A DNA stretch of 64,000 bases from Octopus vulgaris (lineage: Eukaryota): contig OX597833.1 of NCBI GenBank assembly GCA_951406725.2, positions 30,380,001 through 30,444,000 of the forward strand, written 5' to 3'. Numbering within the stretch: the stretch's first letter is position 1; every line of letters begins with the position of its first letter. The notes below the pieces were generated by a model that did not search any database, was not told where the DNA came from, and saw only the letters and a list, made by a program, of their open reading frames with translations. Position numbers and translations under genes: made by a program. Below, piece by piece: positions 23,995 to 38,180 of this stretch.

Positions 23995-25620
23995 TTATTT
24001 TGGTTTGGCTCAGGTTCAGTCTTATTCCTTGTAGGATTTATGTGGGTAGTGGATTACTTCCTGTAACCTTAGGTATCCACAAGTTTTCAGCTGTCTATTA
24101 AGTGCTTAAAACCCTCCTGATAATCCATGCTGTCCCGAAGAGACAAACTTTCTGTAGGAGTTTTACTGGGCATTCTATTTCAATCTCTTTCAACCATTTG
24201 TCTATATCTTTGCTTACTGTTCCCAATGCACCAATTATTATAGGCATAACCTTTATTGTTCTCATGCTCCAAATTCTTCCTATTTCAAATTTTAAGGGAT
24301 TGTATTTTTTCTGTTTTTCATTCTCTTTCTTTACAATCCTAGAATCAAACAGGCATGGTGAGTTGATCAGTAAACAACTTCGCTTTTCCTTATCTATCAT
24401 TGTTATTTCCAGTCTTTTATTTTCTAACTTCTTGTCCATTTTGTCCCACAAAATCTTACATTCCTCTGACTCCAGTACTTTTTTTAACTCGGTGATTGTA
24501 CCATATGCTTACAGCTTCAAATTCCTATTTCTGGCACAGTTTCCTGTGTAAAATTTTTACAGCTTGGTTGAGCCTCCATTTCTTATATTCTTCCTGTGCC
24601 AACTTGGGGCATTCCTCCACATGTATGTCACTGTCTCATTCCAAGTTATTATTATAACTACTACTATTATGACCATCATCATCATTATAGAAACAAGCTC
24701 AGATTTGGTCTTAATCCTGGTAGGATTTATGTGGGTAGCAGGTTACTACCTGCAACCTTAGGGATCCACACATTTTTGACAGTCCTTCAAGTGCTTAGAA
24801 TCCTCCTGATAATCTTTACTGTCCCCAAGAGGCATTCTATTTCAATCTCCTTCAGCCATTTGTCTATATCTTGGCAAAAACCTACTTTTTCATCCCATAT
24901 TCTCTTCACTCAATTCATGAAGCCTCTTTTTCCCATTTCATTCTCATTCTTTTACACTTTTGACTGCAATTTTGGTCCTGATCAATAGCTTGATGATGAC
25001 CTGTTGGAGGTTGATCAGTTACTCCCTGCTTACCATGCATCACAACTTCACTGTTAACAGTTCCATTGTGGTTATTATTTGATTTTGACATCACTCATTT
25101 AAAGGTAGTATTTGTAAGTTGTGCAGTCACTGGTATTTTTATCGTAACACCATCACCAGGTGGGTTGCTAACCCAGACTCTGAGAGTTCACATCTGCCCT
25201 CGTGTACACTGTTTTTAGTACCAGTCTCATTCAATCCAGTGTTTTATATCTTTGTATTTGACATTTTTATTATTATTTCTCTTTATCACAGGTTTTGTTG
25301 GAGCTCCTGGTGTTTTACATGCATGGCGGGTTTTCTACCTGCAGCCTACAAGACCATGCTATCTGTTCTTTTCAGCTAATACTTTCCTGATTATTTTGGC
25401 CATGCTAAGGAGGCAAACCTTTTCTAACACTTCTATTGGGCACTCTATTCCAATTTCCTTTATATTCCCCTTGATGCCTTCTGATACTGTTCCCAAGGAC
25501 CCAACAATAATTAGCACTATCTTCACCTTCTTCATTTTCCGTAGCCGGGCTATTTCATATTTAAGAGGGTTGTATTTATCTATCTTTTCCCTTTTCTTCT
25601 TGACTATTCATGGGTCAAAG
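23995..25620 (-). mobile_element. Three 3' fragments of an RLE-type (R4/Dong-like) LINE
   Basis: ORF 24098..24451 (KRLEITMIDKEKRSCLLI...IIIGALG...LQKVCLFGTAWIIRRVL). Related copies at about 24690-24870 and 25270-25620, next to TAA-type repeats. Confidence 0.75.
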
Positions 25621-26285
25621 GGGCAACGAGCCAATGTGAAATTTTGCATTAAATTTGAGAAGAATGCTACAGAAACATTGAGCATACTTCAGCAAGCTTA
25701 CAGTGATGAGACAATTGGTTGTATGCAATGTTTCGAGTGGCACTGGTACTTCAAAAGTGGAAGAATGTCCCTAGAAGACTTGCCACAAACATCAGCCACT
25801 GGAAATGTAGTTTTGTGCATTGACAATTTGTCCCTCTGGGCCAGACAATCAATTTTGCTGCAACATTTTGAAGCATTTGAGGAAGGACTGGATCTGTGGA
25901 GTGCAGAGAATTGGATTCTTCACAACGACAATGCACTCTGTCATCAAGCTCTCCTCACTCACGAGTTTCTTGCCAAAAACAACATGGCATCACTTCCACA
26001 CCCACTCTGTTTGTCGGATTTAGTGCCTCAGACTTCCATCTCTTACCAAAGATGAAAATGCAACTCAAAGGTTGCCGTTTTACCACTGTTCTCAAGATCA
26101 AGAGCAAATCACAGAAAGTCCTCAACTTGCTTATGGAAAACAACTTCCAGGCTAGATTCCAAAAGTGGCAGGAATGCTTATTGCTGTGCATGGTGACTAT
26201 TTCATGGGATATGATGCTAAAACTTAGGTAACTAAGTTATGTTTTATTAAACATAACTTGTCTGGGAACCTTTTGATACCACCTC
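25621..26285 (+). mobile_element. Deleted mariner element
   Basis: QRANVKFCIKFEKNATET...FKSGRMSLED HTH; WILHNDNA; decayed HPPYSPDLAP; terminal cttttgataccacctc. Confidence 0.8.
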
Positions 26286-26942
26286 ATTTATCTGATAAAA
26301 AAAAGGCAATGGTCGTACCTGGAATGTTTTTAATCATACAATTGCTTTAGCATAACTAATCTGGAGCTAAACAACAACATCATCATGTATAATAATTTCA
26401 CTTTCCTTTTCTTTCTAAGTTCTACTCAATTATTGTGTTTGAAAGAATGGGAAGAAAATGAATAGTTGTGTGTGTGTGAATAAGGTTGTTGTGCCTCACA
26501 TTATCACTTGCTCAAACTAAGAAGTAATCAACAAGTCTAATTCATCTAAAACAGGAATGTTCTAATATGAATTCACCATTTATAAGTTGATAGTGTAATA
26601 CCTGTCACCATTTCTCCATATAAATGTGTGTGTGTGTGTGTGTGCTGTTGTTGCTTAGCTACAATCAGTCCTAACTGAATGAACCTATTATTATTCAAAA
26701 ATATTCTAGCCATGACCACCCTCATTTTTCAGAGATTCTGCATGCAGGACTACATTATTTAATACATCTCCTCCATTCCTGTTTAGAAGACAGTATCATG
26801 ATGTGATTTGAGGCTATCACCTAAAGGTTCTTTCCTTGGCTTATTTCTGTTTATACATGTGAGTGTAAGTGTAGATAAATGTAAGGTTGAACATATTGTA
26901 TGCATGTGATTCTCTTCTAAAATGATAACTCATCTATTATAG

Positions 26943-27105
26943 GTAACAATCGTATCTCTGACATGTCTATCAAACTGCTAAGCCGAATGTGTCCCAATGT
27001 GAGCCATATCTATTTAGCAGATTGCCAGAGACTAACAGATATATGTCTTCGATATTTAGCAACTTGCAAGCAACTAACCATTCTTAACCTTGCTGAATGT
27101 ATAAA
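26943..27105 (+). CDS. FBXL13: FBXL13-like exon E (NNRISDMSIKLLSRMCPNVSHIYLADCQRLTDICLRYLATCKQLTILNLAECI)
   Basis: ttatAG acceptor, GTaagt donor, 163 nt, phase 1->2. Confidence 0.92.
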
Positions 27106-27626
27106 GTAAGTATAAAATCTAATTTATAGTTTCTAGTGCTGTGTTCAAATCATGAGAATAGATATGGGCATCTGATTAGGAAGTTTGTTTCACAACTCCA
27201 TGGTTTCAAGTTCAATCTCACTGTATAGCACTTTGGCTATTGGTTTTCTACCATATCATCAGGTCAACTGGAGGTAAGTTGAAAACTTGGAGATCTTTGG
27301 CAGGCTGAAGGTTTAGTTTAGTTGATTTGAGAAGAGGGAATACCAAGAGCACTGTAGTGTAATTAGGAATGTAGTTACTCAACAAGTGATAGATATGTGA
27401 TTTGATACCCATCACTGGATCAGCTGTTCTATCAAATTGTTTTTATTGGCTGTGGTCATGGTAATTGCAGATTTTTCCAAAACCTGTTAGATGATGCAAT
27501 TAACATTCTTTTCTAACTGTTGTAAGTTGATGACTATAGGAAAAACTGTTGGCAAGGAGGGAATTCTAGAGAAAGAAGGACAAGGAAATAGAGGGAAGGA
27601 CTAACCCAGTTTGAAAATATATATGA

Positions 27627-28439
27627 CTAGCAGTATTGCCTGGCTTGTGCGCTCGTGCGTTCTATGCACGCGCGAATCAAGCTAAACTTGGATGAAGTTC
27701 AATCAAAATTCAATTATTTTGGTTTTAAAATCAAGCATTTAATGCCCTCTATTTTTGCGCTTATGTGTTCCATTTCCTCAATAGGAAGTACGTAGAAGCG
27801 TTTCATAAATTTTTGTTGATCAAATAATTGCATTGTTGAATTATTCTTTTAGATCAGTATTTCTCAACGGGGATTTCAGGGAAGAGTTTCAGGGAGTCGC
27901 TGGCGATGTATCGTGATGATCAAAAATCTGGCCTGCTAAAATTTGATTAAAGTGATTGAAACTGCAGACTCAATGCAAAATGGTCACATTTAATTCAAAG
28001 CGTTAAAAATTATGAAAACAATTGGTATGTGTTCACAAAGTCCAAATGATTAATACGAAAAAACCCTCCAGGCTACATCCCGAAAATTCATTTCTTTGCC
28101 GAATTTCTACAATGTTTACGGCGATTCGTTTTTATATCTTGGATTTTTTATTTTTCATGCAATTTACGCATGCTTGCACGCATGGTGAACACAGTTCACG
28201 TCAAACAGCTGACTGAGTAAAGTTCACTATTCAATGCATGGGATAAGGCCTAAACAAACACATTATTGATTTTTGCACTTGCGAGATGAATTTCGGAACA
28301 GAAATAGCGTAGTTCAATTTTCATTCGCCTAAACTTTAAGTGACCCATTTTTGGTGGGTCTACGATTTGTTGGCTGGGAGGAGATGTGCCGGGAAGTTAA
28401 AAACACAGATATACACAAGTTGAGTTTTATATATATAGA
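27627..28439 (-). mobile_element. Non-autonomous Helitron
   Basis: Minus strand starts A|TCTATATATATAAAAC and ends CTAG|T; GC-rich hairpin (cgtgcg-ttcta-tgcacg) near the 3' end; no TSD. Confidence 0.75.
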
Positions 28440-29599
28440 TAAGAGGAGGAGAAATGAGTGAGTTAGGAGTGCCCAAGTGGAGATCACCTAAGACCAGCCA
28501 GCTTTGAGGAGTAGTAACAACTGTTGTAGAGAGTTGTGAATTGCAAAGGATTCAGTTTCTGCAAGGTGGGAATCTGTATCAGATGAGAGTGAGAGTTAAG
28601 AAGAGGTCTGAACACCAGAGTCACCAAGGTAAATTACTTGTTTCAATGTAAGAAGAGATATAATTGAAGAGATCGTGATGTTTGGAGACGGTCGGAAAGC
28701 AGAAGTGAAAGTAGATGTACCAAGAGTTGGGTAAGGAGACTAGTAGTCCTTCATGCTGATATTCAGAAGGAAAAAGTGAATAGTAGGGACAGAAGAATCT
28801 ATATATTATATGCATGTAAGAAAACAATTTTTCAAAGTGAATTTTGAGTAGTCTGAAGAGCAAAAAAGGGCTACAGATGAGAGAAGAATAGAATGTGTAA
28901 TTCAATAAGTGGTAGTATATGTGTTACAGGTTGGATCAGAGTCCAAAGATATTAGAGAAGATGAGGAAAATTTTGTCTTGTGGGTTTAGTGTTATTTTTT
29001 GACAGAAACATTTAGGTACAGTGTATCAACATCCTACACTCTACAACACTATGGCAGGCTGTTATCATGATTGTGGTAAACACCTAACTGTGGACCAGCT
29101 CTGAATGCTTGCACCAATAGGGCAGGAGGTAATATTAAAATTGGTAGCATAATGTGCCTACCATTAAAATTGTTCCTATAATTTCTAATAACATTTATAT
29201 CAAAGTGTTAGCAATTAATCTATAGTTTGATTTATGGATTAATTGTCATGTAAACACCAAACTGAGATAGAATGCTTCACTGTAATGGACATTTGTTGAA
29301 CAACCTATCCTGATGGTATTAAGTGGCTGAAAAGAGATAAATGAATTCAAGAAATAATTAATAGCATATAATTTGGGAAGAGGAAACAGAAAGTGCTGTG
29401 CAATGTGATCACTAATGTAAACACCTAGCAAGCAATGGGTTTGTGGTTCAAGTTTTACTATTACCTTTGTTTGGGTAGTTATTCTTTTCTGTCTCCAACT
29501 ACAGCTCATAAAGCATAATTTCATTTACACTAAAATGTTAACAGTTTATTCATACTCATGGTTATCTTGTCAAATGAAATAAGTTTTAAAAATATCTAG

Positions 29600-29719
29600 C
29601 ATTACAGATGCTGGGATTCGAAGTTTTTCTGATGGGATCTGTGCCATTAAGTTACGTGAATTGAATCTATCAAACTGTGTGCATCTGGGTGATATGTCTT
29701 TGATCATCATTTCTAAAAA
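29600..29719 (+). CDS. FBXL13: FBXL13-like exon F (ITDAGIRSFSDGICAIKLRELNLSNCVHLGDMSLIIISK)
   Basis: atctAG acceptor, GTgagt donor, 120 nt, phase 2->2. Confidence 0.92.
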
Positions 29720-30063
29720 GTGAGTAAAAGAATTTCTATTTTGTTCAATAGAAATTGAAAATAATATAACCGTTTTCAACTATGTTAGTTTGTGTATCTG
29801 CCTGCTTCAGTGAGTTTCAGTATTTGCCTGCAAACACACATCTTCATACACACACATGCAAACACACACACGTGCACACATGTACCCACATACACATATG
29901 TTTGTGTAGTTAAGAAGTTCACTCCATAACCACTGGGTTTGGGGTTTAGTCCCACTGCATACCTCCTTGGATAGGTATCTTGGTTTGATCAATAGAAACT
30001 GTTGGAAGCCCATTGCATATATATATATAGAGAGAGAGAGGGAGGGAGAAACAAAGAGAGAGA

Positions 30064-31230
30064 GAGGGTGTCCCAGAAAGTGTATGCACATTTTAATTAC
30101 TGATAATCCACTTGATTTTCATTTATTTTTAGCCTTAACCCTTTAGAAATAAAGAATGGAAACTAGACTAAGCTTTGAACAAAGGAAATTTGTCCTAAAG
30201 TGCTACTGGAGGTTTTGAACCACATCAATCAAAGTACTAGCACACTTTAGAAGGGAGTTTCAACAGAGCCACTTACACGATTCACCATCACTTGCATTAG
30301 AGATTAGTTTGAAGCAGATGGAACTGTTCAGAATATGCACAAGAAATGTTCCAAAAGACCACAGACAATAACAAGCTCTGCAAAGTAAGAAAAGATACTA
30401 GAAACATATTGGCCAGAGTTCAAGTAAATCTGTGTAGCAAGAAAGTCATGAGATAGGAATTTTAAAATTAAATGTACATTGCATTTTGAAGTGCTGCCAG
30501 AGAATAAGTTATATTTTAAGAATAGTCTATACTCTCAATGAAGATGATCTGGACCAAAGAGTGGAGTTTTGTGAGTGGTACTTGGCAAGATGTAGAAAAG
30601 ATGTATACTTTCCAACAAAGATTGTTTGGATTGAAGAGGCTAAATATAAATTAAATGGCTTAATTAACTGCCACAATTGCACCTGTTGCATATTGTGGAG
30701 AGTCATCATGTTAATTTACCTGGAGTTACAGTATGGTGAAGCTTATCATTAAATGGCTTAACTGGACCATTCACTTTTGACAGCACTGGCAACGATCACA
30801 CTCCATTTTATTGAACATGCTGCAACAATCTCATACCAAGTATTCATGAGGACTTTGAAGATGTAGAATTTTATTACCAGCAAGATGAAGTACCCCAACA
30901 CTACCATAGTAAATAAGGGCCATCCATGACAAGATTTTGTCAAACAGGTGGATTCAATGAATAAGTTCACTAGAATATGATCTGCCTTCCCCTGACCTCA
31001 CACTGCTTGACTTTTTAATGTTTATTGTACAAAACCAGCAACAATCAATTAAATGAGAACAGCCATTGATTGAGAATGTGCACAAATAGCTAACAAAATG
31101 TTTCTTTGTGCTTGCAATTCTATTGCTTTACATTACCAGCAGTGCCTGGACCAGAGCAGTGATCAGTTTGAAAACACATGTTCATAAAATATTAAATTCT
31201 GTTTGTAGATTCTACCAAAGTTTGAAAAAG
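30064..31230 (+). mobile_element. Degenerate Tc1/mariner element (rosa/DD41D-like)
   Basis: Starts agggtgtcccagaaag; [15 protein letters not shown]...IVWIEEA.Y.LNG.IN.HNC; SPDLTLLDF-like near 30990. Confidence 0.7.
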
Positions 31231-32068
31231 AAATATTTGGTCATCCCATGAATAATGCTGTTTTTTTAATTGCATTAACTAAAAGTCAGAGGGGAATGGG
31301 ATAACCTACCTGCATCAACTTGCTATAAAAGCAGGTAGTAATTTTACCTTGTCCTTATTCTTAGTGCATGTTTTGAAGAGTGCAGTTCGAGTTTAACAGT
31401 TATTTTTTCAAAGCTATAATGAAGTGACAAAGGAGCATATTCAGCATATTTTGCTTTATGAGTTCAATAAAAGCAACAGCCAACCACTCTGAGAGTGTAG
31501 TGGGGGCTTTTATGTGCCAGTCTTTCTCTGACTGCCTCGCAACTCAGTGCTACCCATATATATGAGGCCATCCAGCCAGAAAGAGAGACATACCGTACGT
31601 AACAGTGCGTATTTCCCTTTCCAAAACTTTGTCTTCTTTAAACTCTCTGTGACCGTAGAGGGCCAGAGGTCAAGTGCCTACGGCCATAAACAACCATGCT
31701 CCTTGACAGGACAAAGGAAATACCACTGACCTAAACACCATTTTGATCCCAGCTAATGGAAAAAGGGACGTAATGTTATTTTTTTTTGTTCGTCTTCATT
31801 TTTTTTTTGTGCAGTCGTATCAATATATATATCCATAATCATCTTAACAATTATAAATTAAATATTTTTTTTGTCTACTTTCAGACTTATTTTTGAGTAC
31901 TTTATTCTAAGTTAACCCCTGGAATAATATAATATCTGTCTCCCTGTATATCTACATTCCAACATACCTACACACATACCTGCTACAAACAGATGACAAC
32001 TATAATTACTCAAATCTTTGTAAATCTATATGCTTGCATGTATATATTTAATCAATCTATTTCTGTAG

Positions 32069-32195
32069 ATTACAGAATCTGACTTACCTTAGTCTGAGCT
32101 TTTGTGATAACATCAGTGAATCCAGTCTGGAAGCATTGGGGCAGGCACCAAATCTAATTTCACTGGACATTTCTGGTAGTTCTTGTTCAGATCAG
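32069..32195 (+). CDS. FBXL13: FBXL13-like exon G (LQNLTYLSLSFCDNISESSLEALGQAPNLISLDISGSSCSDQ)
   Basis: ttctgtAG acceptor, GTattt donor, 127 nt, phase 2->0. Confidence 0.9.
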
Positions 32196-33428
32196 GTATT
32201 TGTTTAAATGTGAAATTTATCTTGTATGAAAGAGCACGTGAACAAGTGAAGGAAAGAATAAAAGGCAGAAAAAAATGAAGAAATATCACTACACTACTCT
32301 TATTCAAAGTTAGATAGGTTTTCTGTTATATGGTATGTTAAATAGGTCTAAGTTAGTAGCATAACTTTTCTGTTTTTATCAATTTGTGATAAAGGATATA
32401 TAGTGTAACACATTTAATATATTTATATTGTAATATGACAGAGGATATGTGTAACCTAGTTCTACTAGTCATAACCTGTCGCTACACTACTGGGTAATGA
32501 CCTAGTCAAGATGAATTAGGTCCTTCATATTAATAACATTAATATACTCAGCAACAACATGCTTTAATACAAATTTTAATTCCATCTTTCACATGCACTC
32601 ACTCTTTCCCACTATATTTCTCTCTCAACAACAACCTGTCATCATAGTGAAAGTGCTTTTTTAAAGTCTGTGTTTGTGTTGTCTATATGTTCAAAGACAT
32701 GCAGAAATGCACACACACACACACACACAACTCAAAAAGTAACTATGTGTATTATTTGTATACATTTAGTTGACGCACTTCCACTTAAAATTCCCATGTT
32801 TTTAATCAAAACTTGTTAGTTACTATGGTGACTGTACTACTTATCTATCTATCTTTCACACACACACTCTCTCTCTCTCTCTCTCTCTCTCTTACTATAT
32901 TTCTCTCTCAACAACAACTTTTCTCCTCCTGTTCTAGATATATGTTGTGACAAGGACTATCTCCCCTTTTAATTACTCCCCTTCTTCCCTCCCTCTATAT
33001 ACATGTTGTTATGGACAGACAGGTGGAGATCAGTTTCTCTTTTATAACAGAAGATTTTAGTGTGACATAGAGAATGTAACATCTATTTATATCGGTTGTG
33101 TGGCATGAGAAGTGACACATCTTTTGTATTCATATTATTATATGACACAGATTGTGTAACATTTATTTTTTTGTTAATGATACATGAAATAATTTTAGAT
33201 ACTCTTTTTCTAAAAATGAGATACATTACTCACAGCTGAACTACCTTTAATCATCGACTGCTCAATTAGAGCTGACTTGGTTCTAAACAATCACAGACTA
33301 AATAAAAGATTTTCCATTCTACACACTTTATAATTGTTACTACTTCACATCCACCAAAGAAAACAAAAACAACAGAGGACTATTTGTTGGGTTTTTTAAC
33401 TAAGTTTGTTTTCTCTTTATTTTATCAG

Positions 33429-33566
33429 AGTATTTCCGCAATTGGAAAAAGAGCAAGGATGAAGAATATCAACATTTCCCAGTGTACTAATATTACAGAT
33501 TTAGGGCTCCAGAAGTTTGCTAAGCAATGTCCAGGCTTGGAGCAGATTGATCTTTCACACTGTCTG
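33429..33566 (+). CDS. FBXL13: FBXL13-like exon H (SISAIGKRARMKNINISQCTNITDLGLQKFAKQCPGLEQIDLSHCL)
   Basis: tttatcAG acceptor, GTaaat donor, 138 nt, phase 0->0. Confidence 0.92.
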
Positions 33567-34878
33567 GTAAATTGTCCTTCACATTCTTTTATATGTTGAC
33601 TCAATATCTCAAATCAGTTTGAGATAACAACAATTTGACAATATTCTATAAATGGTACAAATCTGGAGTTGTCCTCTGAGTGTTATGGTTGGGATTTTCA
33701 TGTGCGTTAATTTACATGAGATCTGACATGTACAGTGACCTAAAGGACCAATCTAATAAAATCATAGTTCAGTTTATCTTGTGTAAATGAATATATAAAC
33801 AATATAAAGTTGCATGTAACATAAAGTTCTGTTGAACAATTTTATGCTTCACAAGCACACCCACACACTCACACACATACACAACCATGCATTCACTTCT
33901 ACATAAATACATATGTTCGTTCAATTAATAATTTGTTTGACATCCATTTTTTCCAAGCAAGCATGGATTGGACAAGATTTTACAGTCAAATGCTCTTCCT
34001 ACTACCAATCCTTGCTTTTGAACTAAGGTTTGGCAGAACCAACATGACAGCTTGGGACTAGGCTATCCCGATAGACTCTATCTGTGTTACAAGTAAAGTC
34101 CATCATTTTTTATAGTGTAAATGCTTGACTAATCCACAAATATGTGTACTCTTAAATTAATTCTCAGGTAGTATCAGCATGACAACATGTTACAAAGCTG
34201 TGTTTTGGTTTACAGGTATTGTCCATGTGATCAACTTGCAAACAGTTTTGGCTGCTATCAGTTTGTGTTGTTTGTCATTGAGACATCAGGTATTTTAGGA
34301 CCCCATACTACCAATTTACTCTGAAAAATAGGGATAATGGCAGCCTGTTGGAGAAATGAGGCCCATGAGGTGGAGTAACCACTGCAGCAAGTGTTGCTGG
34401 CCATTCTCCATGGCAATGCCATTGTGGTCATTAGTGCAGAGAGCAGCTGAGCACACTATTTGTTCTGGGGTATGTGGCCCATCGTTCTCTCCCCTTCCAT
34501 CTTTCACTGCCTCAGCCCACCATTTGTCTCACTTTTTCTATTTTTTCCATTCTTATCTCTCTTTCTTCTTGTTTCTTTGTATTTAAATGTTCTAATAATG
34601 TTTCCAACTAGCCAGTGTCTTCGCAATGTTTAAATCAACCAAAGGCTATCATGACACTTACCACAGGTCTCACAATGTGGGATTGATCTTGACAACTAAT
34701 GATTGTAAAGTGACCTTCTTAACCACTTAGCCATGCCTGCTTTATATATTTTTAAATTTACATTAATTAAATCTTTTAAGATAATAATATAACTACATAA
34801 ACACAATAGAGAGGAATATGTAATATAAAATATCTAATGTGCACTTGTTAATAATATCCACTTTTACATTTCCTGTAG

Positions 34879-34959
34879 CAAATTACAGATGTTGCTATAA
34901 AGAATTTAGCTTTCTGCTGTCGTCTTTTGAGTTGTGTGAAATTATCTGGTTGTAAATTT
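34879..34959 (+). CDS. FBXL13: FBXL13-like exon I (QITDVAIKNLAFCCRLLSCVKLSGCKF)
   Basis: cctgtAG acceptor, GTaagt donor, 81 nt, phase 0->0. Confidence 0.92.
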
Positions 34960-35894
34960 GTAAGTAATATTTAAACTTCTTAATTCAATATGAAAATTCC
35001 ATTTTTTGTTGTTGTTGTTTCTGTAGTTCTTAAATCTTGAATAAAATCTATTAAATATTTTAGGGTAGCTTTTAGTAAACTACAAAAAATAAATTTGCTC
35101 AATAAAATGTAAATACACAAAGAACTGTTGTAATAGCAATAGAAAATAAAATGGGTTGATACAGTAATGTGAATTAGTAGCTATAAAGTTGTTGTTAAAT
35201 GATGTTTCTCTGGATACACTAGCTATAATATATTGGCAAATGCTAGTTTGTGTGCATAGCATTTGCAATGTCCCATATATATATAAACAGGTTGCTGCTA
35301 CTGGTGACACGTAAAAAATACCCAGTATACTCTGTAAAGTGGTTGGTGTTAGGAAGGGCATCTAGCCATAGAAACCAAGCCAAAACAGATGACTGGAGCC
35401 TGGTGCAGCTCTGCAGCTTACCAGTCTCAGTCAAACCATCTAACCCATGCCAGCATGGAAAACAGATGTTAAACAATGATGTCAATGTATATCTTAAGGA
35501 ACATACTACATCTATAGAACTCCAGATATCTGCAAGAATCTATTCAAATTTTCTTGAAATAGTAAGGTGCTCACATGGAGACAGTGAGAGAGTCTATAAT
35601 TGAAGACGGTTTGGTTAAGTACCAACTAGGAGGGATTAGATATTCTATTTAGACAAGCTACATGGCAACAAGAAGCTGAAAGGAGTGCAAAGCCTTCCCT
35701 AGATAATCTAAAAGCCAAAAACTAATTTGAAAAACAGAATTCTTGAAGGACCATGGAGACTTATTTACTAAAATTACCTGGATGTAAACATAGGAAAAAA
35801 TGAGTTCCATACTTACTGAATGTTACTAGTACCACTAATGATTGCCAATCTATCCAAGGTTAATAAGTTTAGTGAATAGCTTCAATATGTACAC

Positions 35895-36793
35895 GAGGGT
35901 GTATCCAAAAGTAACCAGAAATGTTTTCTGTGGAACAAGCATGTTGTAGTTCAGGCTTCCACTGCTAGAAGCCATTTGATGCAACCCTCGAGCATCAGTT
36001 TGCCAACCGGCATTGTCGAATGTAGTCCAACTGCCATGTGGTGCATTTTTGCCTTGCAGTGCTTCTTCTCTGTTCATCAATTTTTGCAATGGCTGAAATG
36101 AAGAAACAGCATGCTTCCATGAAAATCTGCTTTCTGCTGGGGAAAATAGCAGCCAAAACAGTTATCATGCTTCTAACAGCTTACAAGGATGCTGCCATGA
36201 GCAAAACACAAGTTTATGAGTGGTTTTCATGCATTAAGAATGGTCACTTGTTGCTTGAAGACCAACCTTGTTCAGGGTGTCCATTGACCTCCTGAATGAA
36301 TGAAAACCTCATAAATAATTTATGAACTGATCGTGGAGGACCATCACCAAACAATTAATGAACTTGTTGATATGACTGGTGTGTCCTGGAGTGCCAGTCA
36401 ACTAATTTTAAGTGAGGAATTGCAAATGAAAAGAGTTGCTGCAAAATCTGTGTCTTGATCAGATGATCAAAAACAGTCACAACTGAATGCATGTCATGAA
36501 CTGAAAGAACAGTGGGAAATTGATCTGGACGTTTTTTTTTTAAGGTCATCACTGGTGAGGAAAGCTGGTGCTATGGGATTTGCAGATGTGGAAGAGGTGA
36601 AGAAAAAATGATAGAGGTGTTAAAAGGCATTACTTTGCAAGAGTTCCAACATTGCTTCAAATAGTGAAAAATGCTTCTGGACCGATACATTACTTCAAAT
36701 GGAGAATACTTTGAAGGTGATAAAAATGTAAACATGTAAAACTAAGTGAATAAAATAATATTGCAAAATTCCGGTTTCTTTTGGGTACCCCCT
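35895..36793 (+). mobile_element. Deleted mariner element with both TIRs
   Basis: cgagggtgtatccaaaagtaaccagaa / ttccggtttcttttgggtaccccctg; KQHASMKICFLLGK...QVYEWF...LEDQPCSGCP; VITGEESW. Confidence 0.82.
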
Positions 36794-37161
36794 GATATCC
36801 ACAAAGGTAGCTGAATCCAGTATAGCAACCTAACAAAGCACTTGAATTAAACTTTTGCTCTTACTTATGAAAACTTGTTTCAGTTAATGAACTGTGGCCA
36901 TGCAGGGGCCGCCACCTTGAAGGGTTTAGTTGAATAAATCAACCCCAGTACTTACAGGAACATAAACAAACCAACAACAGTAGTCAAGCAGCGGTGAGGG
37001 ACAAGCACTAACATAAAAACACACAAACATATCCAAAGGTGGGCACTGTTAATTGAGAAGTTAACTTCATTAACCATTAATCCATTAACCAAAAAGTTAA
37101 CTTCGATAATCATGAATCAGTCAATTCTTTAAAAATGTAACAGAAGTTATTTATAAACCAT

Positions 37162-38180
37162 TAGACTGCATCCCATCTAACAGCTGTTTCTGCTTCCAGT
37201 TTTGTATGGTATTGCCATTGATATGCTAAAAATATGTTTAGCCAATTAGCTGGAAAATTAACTGTTTTTTGGACTAGTCAGCTCACTGATTAGGTGTACT
37301 GGATGGCAGAGCAGCAGTCCCTGATTTACGCCACTTACCCTAGTTATTACCTCCCCTTAACCATAAATATTTCCCTAATTTTCCTACAGAATAAATTTGT
37401 TTCATTGTATTTACTAATTTCACATTCCTATTAAAATCTTTTGGACCATTTTCAAACCCAACCACCTTACTTCCTAAATATCTGAATAGGTTCCTCTCTT
37501 AATATTTATTCCAAATATTATTACTATTTTTTAAATCTAGTATTTACTATCCTTAGTGTTTTAGGGCCCCTTACAACATACACCATTTTCCCATTCATTT
37601 ATTTATTTATCATAACCTGTATAATGGTTTCAATAGCTTGCTTTTGTTTTTAAATTTCAACTGACCAATTACATCATATGTTGGACCTTGGCCTATCTCA
37701 CTTCTGACAACAGGTGGAAGGGCTTAACCACCTACTTGTAAATAAATAAAAATTACACTTAACTGATTAGCACTTTATTATGATTAATACTATTAATTAG
37801 TACTACAAACATAAGTATTATAAATTATTATGATTAATCTAAAATTGTAATGTATTGTCACCCCTTCTCCGATTGAAACTTACTGGCGTATCCCACTATG
37901 GTTTTTTGGTTTTTTATCCATCCTATCCCCACCATACAAAGGATTAATCATTTACTTAATATCCCAAAGAGATATGCAAGCAAAATGGTATGATTACAGC
38001 CATGTTCAACTTTTCCCTTTTTCTTCTCTATGCTCTTCTTCTTTATTTATTCTTCACTCTGATGAAGTTCCATGTTTCAGATCAGTTTTATTACCAAATA
38101 TGATAAATATTTTTAGCATATCAATGGCAATATCATACACCATTGGAAGCAGAAACAGCTGTTAGATGGGATGCAGTCTA
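37162..38180 (+). mobile_element. Putative Penelope-like element with about 74-bp terminal inverted repeats and a hammerhead-like motif
   Basis: 37162..37235 is the reverse complement of 38107..38180. CTGATGA at 38059 and GAAAC-AGCT-GTT at 38152..38163. Confidence 0.6.

Noticed and set aside
25252-26055. 267-aa ORF as a chimeric host gene (SETMAR-like)
   Set aside because: An antisense LINE fragment fused by chance to a deleted mariner whose catalytic motifs are decayed.
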